A DNA stretch of 64,000 nt from Eledone cirrhosa (Eukaryota), in contig OZ024765.1 in the NCBI GenBank assembly GCA_964016885.1, positions 12,834,001 through 12,898,000 of the forward strand. The letters run 5' to 3'. The notes beneath the pieces were generated by a model. The model saw only the letters and a program-made list of their open reading frames with translations, was not told where the DNA came from and made no database searches. Shown here piece by piece: positions 50,842 to 64,000 of the stretch. Position 1 is the first letter of the stretch. The number at the start of each line of letters is the position of its first letter. The position numbers and the translations under genes are program-made.

Positions 50842-50943
50842 GAATAATTGCCTTATGTTGTTTATTACATAATAATAATAATTAAGCTCTGTTGCTTACA
50901 TAGAGCACTCTTTTTTCCTGGACTTTTCCGATGGAATTACTTC

Positions 50944-52066
<1,123 letters not shown>

Positions 52067-52344
52067 AGTCCTCCCCAGAGATCTAGATTCTACATTCTAC
52101 AGTATATCATTCTTCTCTCTTGTAAGTCTGTAAATACGATACTGCCAAATACTATACCTAATATGTATATTTCTATTAAGCCAGCTGGTTAATGCTGTAA
52201 TCCCTTCCTACAAGATGTTGTTGTCATCGTTATTGTTGTTATTGTTGTACCCATAATGAGAAATAAGAAAAGTTAATATTGTTAGAGCAATTCTGTTCAA
52301 AATGGGTAAGGGAGAGAACTTTCAGGTTTAAATCTATTAGTCTT

Positions 52345-54540
52345 GGTCTTAGGTTCTTCTGCAGCTTTCAGCACATCGAGCAGCAAGTAGTCGACACCGG
52401 TCACAATCAGCGGTGGCTATTTCGCGCCTGTACCAAGTGATGTTGGCTGCCACCAGGTCTTTTTGGGACGTTTGTCGCCAGGTGATCCTGGGGCAACCCT
52501 GCTTCCGTTTGCTGCCAGGTAGAGTCCAGTTCATCGCAGTTTTCGATTGCTGCCAGGTAGAGTCCAGTTCATCGCAGTTTTCGATTGCTGCCAGGTAGAG
52601 TCCAGTTCATCGCAGTTTTCGATTGCTGCCAGGTAGAGTCCAGTTCATCGCAGTTTTCGATTGCTGCCAGGTAGAGTTCAGTTCATCGCAGTTTTCGATT
52701 GCTGCCAGGTAGAGTTCAGTTCATCGCAGTTTTCGATTGCTGCCAGGTAGAGTCCAGTTCATCGCAGTTTTCGATTGCTGCCAGGTAGAGTCCAGTTCAT
52801 CGCAGTTTTCGATTGCTGCCAGGTAGAGTCCAGTTCATCGCAGTTTTCGATTGCTGCCAGGTAGAGTGCAGTTCATCGCAGTTTTCGATTGCTGCCAGGT
52901 AGAGTTCAGTTCATCGCAGTTTTCGATTGCTGCCAGGTAGAGTCCAGTTCATCGCAGTTTTCGATTGCTGCCAGGTGGAGTCCAGTTCATCGCAGTTTTC
53001 GATTGCTGCCAGGTGGAGTCCAGTTCATCGCAGTTTTCGATTGCTGCCAGGTGGAGTCCAGTTCATCGCAGTTTTCGATTGCTGCCAGGTAGAGTGCAGT
53101 TCATCGCAGTTTTCGATTGCTGCCAGGTAGAGTCCAGTTCATCGCAGTTTTCGATTGCTGCCAGGTAGAGTCCAGTTCATCGCAGTTTTCGATTGCTGCC
53201 AGGTAGAGTCCAGTTCATCGCAGTTTTCGATTGCTGCCAGGTAGAGTCCAGTTCATCGCAGTTTTCGATTGCTGCCAGGTAGAGTGCAGTTCATCGCAGT
53301 TTTCGATTGCTGCCAGGTAGAGTCCAGTTCATCGCAGTTTTCGATTGCTGCCAGGTAGAGTCCAGTTCATCGCAGTTTTCGATTGCTGCCAGGTAGAGTG
53401 CAGTTCATCGCAGTTTTCGATTGCTGCCAGGTAGAGTCCAGTTCATCGCAGTTTTCGATTGCTGCCAGGTAGAGTCCAGTTCATCGCAGTTTTCGATTGC
53501 TGCCAGGTAGAGTCCAGTACATCGCAGTTTTTGATTGCTGCCAGGTAGAGTGCAGTTCATCGCAGTTTTCGATTGCTGCCAGGTAGAGTCCAGTTCATCG
53601 CAGTTTTCGATTGCTGCCAGGTAGAGTCCAGTTCATCGCAGTTTTCGATTGCTGCCAGGTAGAGTCCAGTTCATCGCAGTTTTCGATTGCTGCCAGGTAG
53701 AGTTCAGTTCATCGCAGTTTTCGATTGCTGCCAGGTAGAGTCCAGTTCATCGCAGTTTTCGATTGCTGCCAGGTAGAGTCCAGTTCATCGCAGTTTTCGA
53801 TTGCTGCCAGGTAGAGTCCAGTTCATCGCAGTTTTCGATTGCTGCCAGGTAGAGTCCAGTTCATCGCAGTTTTCGATTGCTGCCAGGTAGAGTCCAGTTC
53901 ATCGCAGTTTTCGATTGCTGCCAGGTAGAGTGCAGTTCATCGCAGTTTTCGATTGCTGCCAGGTAGAGTCCAGTTCATCGCAGTTTTCGATTGCTGCCAG
54001 GTAGAGTTCAGTTCATCGCAGTTTTCGATTGCTGCCAGGTAGAGTCCAGTTCATCGCAGTTTTCGATTGCTGCCAGGTAGAGTCCAGTTCATCGCAGTTT
54101 TCGATTGCTGCCAGGTAGAGTCCAGTTCATCGCAGTTTTCGATTGCTGCCAGGTAGAGTCCAGTTCATCGCAGTTTTCGATTGCTGCCAGGTAGAGTGCA
54201 GTTCATCGCAGTTTTCGATTGCTGCCAGGTAGAGTCCAGTTCATCGCAGTTTTCGATTGCTGCCAGGTAGAATGCAGTTCATCGCAGTTTTCGATTGCTG
54301 CCAGGTAGAGTCCAGTTCATTGCAGTTTTCGAGTGTCATTCGTTGGGCAGGCACAGAATATGGCCAGCAAGGCAGCACCGTCGCTCCGTAACCACTCTCT
54401 TCAGGGTGACCAGTAGATAGTATCAGCAATGGAAAGACCAATAGAAACCTTGTTTCCCTAGTCTGATATGATGAGCTCCGGCCAACTCAGTAAACAAATG
54501 AGGTCTGGGTTCTTGTTGATCCATTTACCATTTTAAATTT
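52345..54540 (-). mobile_element. LINE 3' fragment interrupted by an internal 38-bp tandem array
   Basis: GHILCLPNE..KTAMNWTLPGSKRKQGCPRITWRQT reads across the array once extra units are removed. Confidence 0.75.
52509..54332. repeat. 38-bp tandem array (~48 copies)
   Basis: Unit ttgctgccaggtagagtccagttcatcgcagttttcga; variation almost limited to gtcc/gttc/gtgc. Confidence 0.97.
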
Positions 54541-56659
54541 GGAAAATCCCATCTCCTCTCCATATTGAACACGGTTGATTTTTTTCTAAAGAAGGTGAAA
54601 GTGATAGAGAGGAAGAGAGAAAGAGATATAGAGACAGAATCAACCCCCAGTACTAGACTGGTACTTTTTTTATTGACCTCAATAGAATTAAAAGCAAAGT
54701 TGACTTCAGCAGCTTTTGAATTTAGTGAGTGCAGAGAGCCAAAACAAATACTGCAAAGTATTGTCTTTCATTCTTCCAGGGTCAATAAAATAAAGTTATA
54801 GTCAAGTACTCATTAAAAAATGCTGAAATATCAATTTAAAGACTCATTCTCTTTTATATACATATAATCAGTAATCATTTTACGTCCGCTTTTCCCTGCT
54901 TGCAAGGGTGGGACGGTAACTGATTCTGACTTGATTTCTACAGCTGGATGCCCTTCCTAACACCAACCACATTTACAGTGAATGGTGGGTGCTTTTTTGC
55001 CGTGGCGCCTACACATCCACTTTACAGTGTGGGCTGGGTGCTTTTTGCCGTGGCACCTCCACGACTACTTTGCAGTGGAATGATAGGGACCCCAGTCCTA
55101 TCATCTCATTTCTACAGCTGAGTAAACTGGAGCAATGTGAAATAAAGTGTCTTGCTCAAGGAAGCAACACATCAGACCGGGTGATGTGTTGTTTCCTTGA
55201 GCAAGACACTTTATTTCACATTGCTCCAGTTTACTCAGCTGTAGAAATGAGATGATAGGGACTGGGGTCCCTATCATTCCACTGCAAAGTGGTCGTGGAG
55301 GTGCCACGGCAAAAAAGCACCCACCATTCACTGTAAATGAGGTTGGTGTTAGGAAGGGCATCCAGCTGTAGAAATCAAGCCAGAATCAGTTCCCGTCCCA
55401 CCCTTGCAAGCAGGGAAAAAGCGGACGTAAAATGAAATGATGATGATGATGATGATATAGGAACGAGTAGGGCACCGATGGCTGAGCTCAAGACGCTTTG
55501 ACAGCTAATCCTGGATTAAATGATTTTAGTCTAGTCCAGAATTAGCTGCCGAAGTGGCTTGAGCTCAGCCATCGGGGTCCTACTCGCTCCTATTACCCAC
55601 TCTGCTACCCTAAGTATTGAGTACTTTGGTGCGTTATGGTCCATCTGCTTCCTTACCACATTTCCTTTGTTATATATATATATATATATATATATAAAAA
55701 CCAGGTCTGAATACAAAAGAACCAAACTGTCACTGCTTCCGTCTCTCTCACTATTGTGAGCAAATGGGGTCAACACGCTGCCCCCCCCCCCCCCCCCCCC
55801 CAAGGCAGACAGAATAGAGAAGTACTGAAGCCGACTTAATCAACTTTCTCTTCCCCTAAATTTCTGGCTTTGTACTGAAATAAGAAACCATTTATAACAT
55901 GTTTTTTGTGTTTAATCCCCACGAAGGTCGTGTTGACTTGAAAATAGATTATTTAGTTGTAGAAGCCATAAATATAAGAATTTTGGGATTTTAGTAATAA
56001 TATAATGGTTTCTTATATAGGCACAAGGCCTGCAATTTTGGGGGAGGGGAAAGTCGATTAAATCGACTCCAGTGCGTGACTGGTACTTTATTTTATCGAC
56101 CGCGCAAGGATGGAAGGCAAAGTTAACCTCGGCGGGATTTGAACTCAGATAGTAAAGGGCCGTAACTCTATGCTGCAAAGCATGGCGTCCGAACCTCTAC
56201 CTATACTGCCAATCCACCGCCCTTATAGCAGTAATAATATAATGATAATAATAATTGTTTCTACTTTTGGCACAAGGCCAGCAATTATCCCAGTACATTA
56301 CTGGTACTTTATTTTATCGACCTCGTAAGGATGAAAGGCAAAGTGATGGTGATGGTGATGATGGATGTATTACTGGTGGGAATGGTAGAGAGTGATAGTG
56401 GTAGTGGCACCCCGAGCAGGTATTTGTTCCAGTTTCAGTGGTGTTAAGCAACTAAAAATACAAGATTTCCCCCCTGGTCAGGACACCAGTATATCACAAA
56501 TCTGCAGGCTCATCAGACTGGCATTTAACCCTGTTTTATTGGTGTTAAGGAACTGAGAGTACAGGACTTATCCCTGGACAGGACACCAGTCTGTCACAGA
56601 GGTTAAGTCTGTCACAAGCCCCCAGACTCATCAGGTTGGATGTTTATCTTAATTTTATT

Positions 56660-59600
56660 GTTGTTAAGCAACTGAAAATACAGGACTTTCCCCTCTGGAC
56701 AGGATACCAGTCTGTCACAAGCCTAGAGGGTCATCAGGCTAGTATTTAGCCCAGTTTTATCAGTGTTAAGCAACTGAGAGTACAGGACTTCCCTCTGGAC
56801 AGGATACCAGTCTGTCACAAGCCTAGAGGGTCATCAGGCTAGTATTTAGCCCAGTTTTATCAGTGTTAAGCAACTGAGAGTACAGGACTTCCCTCTGGAC
56901 AGGATACCAGTCTGTCACAAGCCTAGAGGGTCATCAGGCTAGTATTTAGCCCAGTTTTATCAGTGTTAAGCAACTGAGAGTACAGGACTTCCCTCTGGAC
57001 AGGATACCAGTCAGTCACAAGCCTAGAGGGTCATCAGGCTAGTATTTAGCCCAGTTTTATCAGTGTTAAGCAACTGAGAGTACAGGACTTCCCTCTGGAC
57101 AGGATACCAGTCAGTCACAAGCCTAGAGGGTCATCAGGCTAGTATTTAGCCCAGTTTTATCAGTGTTAAGCAACTGAGAGTACAGGACTTCCCTCTGGAC
57201 AGGATACCAGTCTGTCACAAGCCTAGAGGGTCATCAGGCTAGTATTTAGCCCAGTTTTATCAGTGTTAAGCAACTGAGAGTACAGGACTTCCCTCTGGAC
57301 AGGATACCAGTCTGTCACAAGCCTAGAGGGTCATCAGGCTAGTATTTAGCCCAGTTTTATCAGTGTTAAGCAACTGAGAGTACAGGACTTCCCTCTGGAC
57401 AGGATACCAGTCTGTCACAAGCCTAGAGGGTCATCAGGCTAGTATTTAGCCCAGTTTTATCAGTGTTAAGCAACTGAGAGTACAGGACTTCCCTCTGGAC
57501 AGGATACCAGTCTGTCACAAGCCTAGAGGGTCATCAGGCTAGTATTTAGCCCAGTTTTATCAGTGTTAAGCAACTGAGAGTACAGGACTTCCCTCTGGAC
57601 AGGATACCAGTCTGTCACAAGCCTAGAGGGTCATCAGGCTAGTATTTAGCCCAGTTTTATCAGTGTTAAGCAACTGAGAGTACAGGACTTCCCTCTGGAC
57701 AGGATACCAGTCTGTCACAAGCCTAGAGGGTCATCAGGCTAGTATTTAGCCCAGTTTTATCAGTGTTAAGCAACTGAAAATACAGGACTTTCCCCTCTGG
57801 ACAGGATACCTGTCTGTCACAAGCCCAGAGGGTCATCAGGCTAGTATTTAGCCCAGTTTTATCAGTGTTAAGCAACTGAGAGTACAGGACTTCCCTCTGG
57901 ACAGGACACCAGTCTGTCACAAGCCTAGAGGGTCATCAGGCTAGTATTTAGCCCAGTTTTATCAGTGTTAAGCAACTGAAAATACAGGACTTTCCCCTCT
58001 GGACAGGATACCAGTCTGTCACAAGCCTAGAGGGTCATCAGGCTAGTATTTAGCCCAGTTTTATCAGTGTTAAGCAACTGAGAGTACAGGACTTCCCTCT
58101 GGATAGGACACCAGTCTGTCACAAGCCTGGAGGGTCATCAGGCTAGTATTTAGCCCAGTTTTATCAGTGTTAAGCAACTGAGAGTACAGGACTTCCCTCT
58201 GGATAGGACACCAGTCTGTCACAAGCCTAGAGGGTCATCAGGCTAGTATTTAGCCCAGTTTTATCAGTGTTAAGCAACTGAGAGTACAGGACTTCCCTCT
58301 GGACAGGATACCAGTCTGTCACAAGCCTAGAGGGTCATCAGGCTAGTATTTAGCCCAGTTTTATCAGTGTTAAGCAACTGAGAGTACAGGACTTCCCTCT
58401 GGACAGGATACCAGTCTGTCACAAGCCTAGAGGGTCATCAGGCTAGTATTTAGCCCAGTTTTATCAGTGTTAAGCAACTGAGAGTACAGGACTTCCCTCT
58501 GGACAGGATACCAGTCAGTCACAAGCCTAGAGGGTCATCAGGCTAGTATTTAGCCCAGTTTTATCAGTGTTAAGCAACTGAGAGTACAGGACTTCCCTCT
58601 GGACAGGATACCAGTCTGTCACAAGCCTAGAGGGTCATCAGGCTAGTATTTAGCCCAGTTTTATCAGTGTTAAGCAACTGAGAGTACAGGACTTCCCTCT
58701 GGACAGGATACCAGTCTGTCACAAGCCTAGAGGGTCATCAGGCTAGTATTTAGCCCAGTTTTATCAGTGTTAAGCAACTGAGAGTACAGGACTTCCCTCT
58801 GGACAGGATACCAGTCTGTCACAAGCCTAGAGGGTCATCAGGCTAGTATTTAGCCCAGTTTTATCAGTGTTAAGCAACTGAGAGTACAGGACTTCCCTCT
58901 GGACAGGATACCAGTCTGTCACAAGCCTAGAGGGTCATCAGGCTAGTATTTAGCCCAGTTTTATCAGTGTTAAGCAACTGAGAGTACAGGACTTCCCTCT
59001 GGACAGGATACCAGTCTGTCACAAGCCTAGAGGGTCATCAGGCTAGTATTTAGCCCAGTTTTATCAGTGTTAAGCAACTGAAAATACAGGACTTTCCCCT
59101 CTGGACAGGATACCTGTCTGTCACAAGCCCAGAGGGTCATCAGGCTAGTATTTAGCCCAGTTTTATCAGTGTTAAGCAACTGAGAGTACAGGACTTTCCC
59201 TCTGGATAGGACACCAGTCTGTCACAAGCCTAGAGGGTCATCAGGCTAGTATTTAGCCCAGTTTTATCAGTGTTAAGCAACTGAGAGTACAGGACTTCCC
59301 TCTGGATAGGACACCAGTCAGTCACAAGCCTAGAGGGTCATCAGGCTAGTATTTAGCCCAGTTTTATCAGTGTTAAGCAACTGAGAGTACAGGCCTTTCC
59401 CCTCTGGACAGGATACCAGTCTGTCACAAGCCTAGAGGGTCATCAGGCTAGTATTTAGCCCAGTTTTATCAGTGTTAAGCAACTGAGAGTACAGGACTTC
59501 CCTCTGGACAGGATACCAGTCTGTCACAAGCCCAGAGGGTCATCAGGCTAGTATTTAGCCCAGTTTTATCAGTGTTAAGCAACTGAGAGTACAGGACTTC

Positions 59601-59950
59601 CCTCTGGATAGGACACCAGTCAGTCACAAGCCTAGAGGGTCATCAGGCTAGTATTTAGCCCAGTTTTATCAGTGTTAAGCAACTGAGAGTACAGGACTTT
59701 CCCCTCTGGACAGGATACCAGTCTGTCACAAGCCTGGAGGGTCATCAGGCTAGTATTTAGCCCAGTTTTATCAGTGTTAAGCAACTGAGAGTACAGGACT
59801 TTCCCCTCTGGATAGGACACCAGTCTGTCACAAGCCTGGAGGGTCATCAGGCTAGTATTTAGCCCAGTTTTATCAGTGTTAAGCAACTGAGAGTACAGGA
59901 CTTTCCCCTCTGGATAGGACACCAGTCTGTCACAAGCCTGGAGGCTCATA
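56660..59950. repeat. 100/101-bp tandem array (~33 copies) with decayed flanking units
   Basis: cagtgttaagcaactgagagtacaggac... recurs at 56761, 56861, 56961 and onward; the unit is similar to the SINE-like segment at about 33120-33175 and 33295-33330. Confidence 0.97.
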
Positions 59951-61022
59951 AGATTTGGTGTTTATCCCAGTTTCAGTGTTGTTAAACAGTACAGGACTTC
60001 CCCCTGGGTAGGACTCATCAGGCTAGTATTTATCCCAGTTTCAGTGGTGTTAAGCAACCGAGGGTACAGGACTTCTCTCTGGATAGGACACCAGTCTGAC
60101 ACAGGGCTAAAGTCTGTCACAAGCCTGTAGGCTCAACAGATTGGGTATTTAGCCCAATTTTATTGGTATAGGCAGCTGAGAGTGCAAGACAGTTTGTCTA
60201 TCTGAATATAACAGTGGGATGTGATAGGGTGGGTGTGGGTTGGTATTTCTCAATGTAATGGTAGGGCGTCGTTGGACTTAATAAGTTCTTATACTTAGTT
60301 AAAAATCCGACCTTAAGTTTTGATTTTGCTTCCTATATCTCCAGAGTATCTAAAATAATTACCAGTTGTTGTTATTTAGCCCCAATTTGGCAGTCCTTAG
60401 GGCATAAGACAAAATCTTTTTAATTAACTTTGGCAGACCATCATAAAGTTCTGTATTGGTGGTATGACTCATCCATGTGATGTTTAGAACCATCAGTAAC
60501 ATGTCAGGGTACATACATTCTATCTGGCTGATTTTTATATATAGATATGTAACAGTATTTTCAACTAGATTTGAGTCTATTTCTTCAGAATCTCTCACAC
60601 AGTGAGTCATCAATAGCAATCTTTGTTGAGCTATCTTTTCAGTTAACTTTAGCAATTTAGCAAACCACAAACTTCTGTATTGGTGATGATGTGGCTTTTC
60701 CAAGTAAAGTTAAGGTCCATAGGTAACATATGAGGGTATATTCAGTCTAGCTAATACTTATAACAGACTATTTTCAACTAGATTTGAGGCTAATTCTTCA
60801 AGATGTCTCACAGAGTGACTCACCAAAAGCAATCTTTACTGAGATATCTTGTCAGTTAACTTTGTCAGCCCACCATAAAGTTCTGTATTGGAAGTCATGT
60901 GGCTTTTCCAAGTGATCTAGCTTGTTTCCCAGTCACTCTGTCTCACAACCATAGAACAAGACAGATTCAGTTGCTGCTAAAAAGAGGTTTAACTTCTGAT
61001 TAAAAGTGAGTTCTCTTTACAC

Positions 61023-61447
61023 TTAACCCTTTACCCTTTACATTACTCTATATTTACTCTGGTATTTTCGTGGCAAAAGCTTTACTTTACATAATTATCT
61101 CACATAATATCGAATCTATGAGATTTTGATAGTATTTATATTGAGAGCAATACCTTAACATCAACATGAGCAGTTTGAACAGAAAGACGTGAGAGAATTC
61201 TGGATGTATACAACCGCTTTAACCCCTTAGCATTTAAACCGGCCGTATCCGGCCAGAATTCTCTCACCTCTTTCTGTTCAAACCAGCCATAACCAGCCAC
61301 TTATACTGATATTTAGGTATTGTTCTTAAAATAAATAACGTCAAAATCTTGTAGCTTCAATATTATGTGACATAATTATGTGAGGTAAAATGTTTACCTC
61401 AAAAATACAATAGGAAATATAAAGTAATGTAAATGCTAAAGGGTTAA
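61023..61447. mobile_element. Inverted pair of ~220-bp TTAA-flanked (piggyBac-like) MITEs
   Basis: Ends TTAA-CCCTTTAGCATTTA...TAAATGCTAAAGGG-TTAA; other copies at 1-100, 10015-10403 (+11884-11910), 21138-21245, 33568-33945 and 35735-36160. Confidence 0.75.
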
Positions 61448-62131
61448 CTTTGGCAGCCCATCATAAAATAGCTGATTTTCAAGCTGTGAGTGTCCATGTC
61501 TCACAGCCATATAACAAAATAAGACAGATTTAACTGCTGCTAAAGTTACTTAAAAATAAGAAAAGTGCCAGGTACTGGGGTATATTTAACCGACCCCCAA
61601 CCCAGCGCCACCACCACCACCACCACCACCACCCACTCCTATTACCTTGTGTCAATCTATAAAATCCTGACAGTAAACTACAAAATTCTAGAGGAAGGGG
61701 AAAGAATGTTACCATGGCTGGGTCTCTTTATGGGTTCACGAGTTCAAATATCAAAGGTGGCGGATTATGTTGCAGTATTATTTTTAATATGAAATGGAAT
61801 TCTGTTAAAGCAATTTTACAGGATATACTGAGAAGAGGGTATAATGAGGTGGGGTGGTGTGAGGGTGGGATGGGGTGGTGTGGTGTAAGGGTAGGTGGTG
61901 TAAGGATAGGGTAGAGGTGTTAACACAATGTAGAATTTTTGATTGGGTGTGTATGTATATGTATATATATATGTATATGAAAGTGTATATATATGTATAT
62001 ATGTATATCTATATATATATATATGTATATATGTGTATATATATATATGTGTATATATATATATGTGTATGTGTATATGTGTATGTGTATATGTATATGT
62101 GTATATGTATATATATATATATATGTATATG

Positions 62132-62232
<101 letters not shown>

Positions 62233-62321
62233 GTATACATATATATATATATGTATATATATATATATGTGTATATGTATATATGTGTATATCTATCTAT
62301 CTATATATGTATATGTATATG

Positions 62322-62352
<31 letters not shown>

Positions 62353-62599
62353 GTATACATATATATGTATACATATATATATATGTATACATATATATAT
62401 ATATGTGTATATATATATATATATGTATACATATATATATATATATATATATATGTATACATATATATATATACATATATATATATATGTATACATATAT
62501 ATATATATATGTGTATATATATATGTATATGTATATGTATATATATATGTATATATATATATATGTATATGTATATATATATATATGTATATATATATG

Positions 62600-62630
<31 letters not shown>

Positions 62631-62631
62631 G

Positions 62632-62793
<162 letters not shown>

Positions 62794-62932
62794 TGTATAC
62801 ATATATATATATATATGTATACATATATATATATGTATACATATATGTGTATATATATATGTATATATGTATATATATATGTGTGTATCTATGTATATAT
62901 ATATATGTATATATATATATGTGTGTATCTAT

Positions 62933-62964
<32 letters not shown>

Positions 62965-64000
62965 GTATATATGTGTGTATCTATCTATGTATATATATAT
63001 ATGGGGTCGTCAAGTATGATATTTGTAGAAAACAAACGAATTTCTTCAAATTTCATACTTGACGATCCAATATATATATATACATATTTATATGTATATG
63101 TGTGTTTCTTTAGTTGAATGTGTATGTGTGTGAGTTAGCTTGTATATGTATGTTTATGTATATGTTTGGTTATTTTGCCAAAGGCTTGAGTATGTGTATG
63201 TGTGTGTTAACATGTATATGTATGTTTGTGTATACATTCTGCCACCGAAGGCTTCAGTAACTATATGTGTGTGTGTGTACATGTATTTGAATATGAACAT
63301 GAGTGTATGTGTGCCTGTGTTTGTAGTTGAATGCAAATGTGTGTATGCATATGTATTTGTGTGTATATGTATATGTATATTTGTATAGACTTTTGGTTGT
63401 GCCACCGAAGGCTTGAGTAAGTATGTGTGTCTGTGTGTGTATATGTGGTATGTATGTATCTTTGAATGTTAATATGCACTTATATATGCGTGTAGGTGTA
63501 TTTGAATGTGTATATGTGCAAGTATATGTGTGTATTTGAATATGTGTGTACGTGTATGTTTAGGTATGTGTGAGTCTGCATTTATGTAACTCAATTCAAG
63601 TAAGTTAATTGGGTAAAAACCTGAGATGTCTTTGTGTGTACATATAAATATGTATTTATATGTTTATATATATGTATATATATATGTATATATATATATA
63701 TATGTCTATATATATATGATATGTATATGTATGTGTATGTATGTATGTAATGTATGTGTGTGTGTATATATATATCTATATAAATATATCTATATATCTA
63801 TATATATAGTGTAGGTATCATGACAAAAAGCACCCAGTACTCACTGTAAATGAGGTTGGTGCTAGGAAGGGCATCCAGCTGTAGAAACTAAGCCAAAAAT
63901 CAGTTCTGTATGAGCAAGACATGGTCACCTGACTTAGCATTGCCACAACAGGCCAACTCGTCTAACCCATGCTAGCTTGGACATAAAACAGTGATGATAT

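Larger units (their letters stand above)
45046..50943 (+). mobile_element. Penelope-like retroelement (PLE), 5'-truncated, with an inverted copy of its 3' region
   Basis: RT + GIY-YIG ORF flanked by inverted arms 45046-47024 and 48906-50880; hammerhead motifs in the arms; both ends abut (TA)n. Confidence 0.92.

Noticed and set aside
52509-54332. CRISPR-like regular 38-bp periodicity (also the 48, 49, 100 and 112-bp arrays)
   Set aside because: Units are head-to-tail with no unique spacers, there are no cas genes, the context is eukaryotic, and each unit derives from an adjacent SINE or LINE.
56660-59950. Hammerhead-like CTGATGA-ccctct...agaggg-GAAA on the minus strand of the 101-bp variant
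   Set aside because: Stem I cannot form, GAAA is absent from most units, and the motif is explained by the parental SINE sequence.
60330-60910. 114-aa ORF 60359..60703
   Set aside because: It lies in a degenerate ~220-bp duplicated block with LINE-like remnants (MLLMVLNITW..H.TN.ELY); not an independent gene.

Overview
Repeat-rich, AT-rich animal genomic DNA; the SINE/LINE/microsatellite landscape suggests a coleoid cephalopod, probably an octopod (inference). The minus strand carries a complete XPG/ERCC5 (Rad2-family) gene: 14 coding exons from 24299 down to 1397, 3075 nt and about 1024 aa by my manual splicing. It has one consensus U12-type (minor spliceosome) intron and a first coding intron that looks like a decayed U12 intron. 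A divergently oriented orphan exon with a 135-aa ORF lies at 39480-40000. The most striking structure is a young Penelope-like retroelement (RT + C-terminal GIY-YIG, about 47025-48885) enclosed by a ~1.98-kb near-perfect inverted repeat, each arm carrying two minimal hammerhead ribozyme motifs. Four small insertions elsewhere repeat a related architecture in miniature: a fold-back hairpin 5' of a hammerhead or of a Penelope-like tail. Several tandem arrays (38, 48, 49, 100 and 112 bp units) arose by amplification of internal pieces of SINEs or a LINE; none is a CRISPR array. All coordinates and copy numbers were read by eye.
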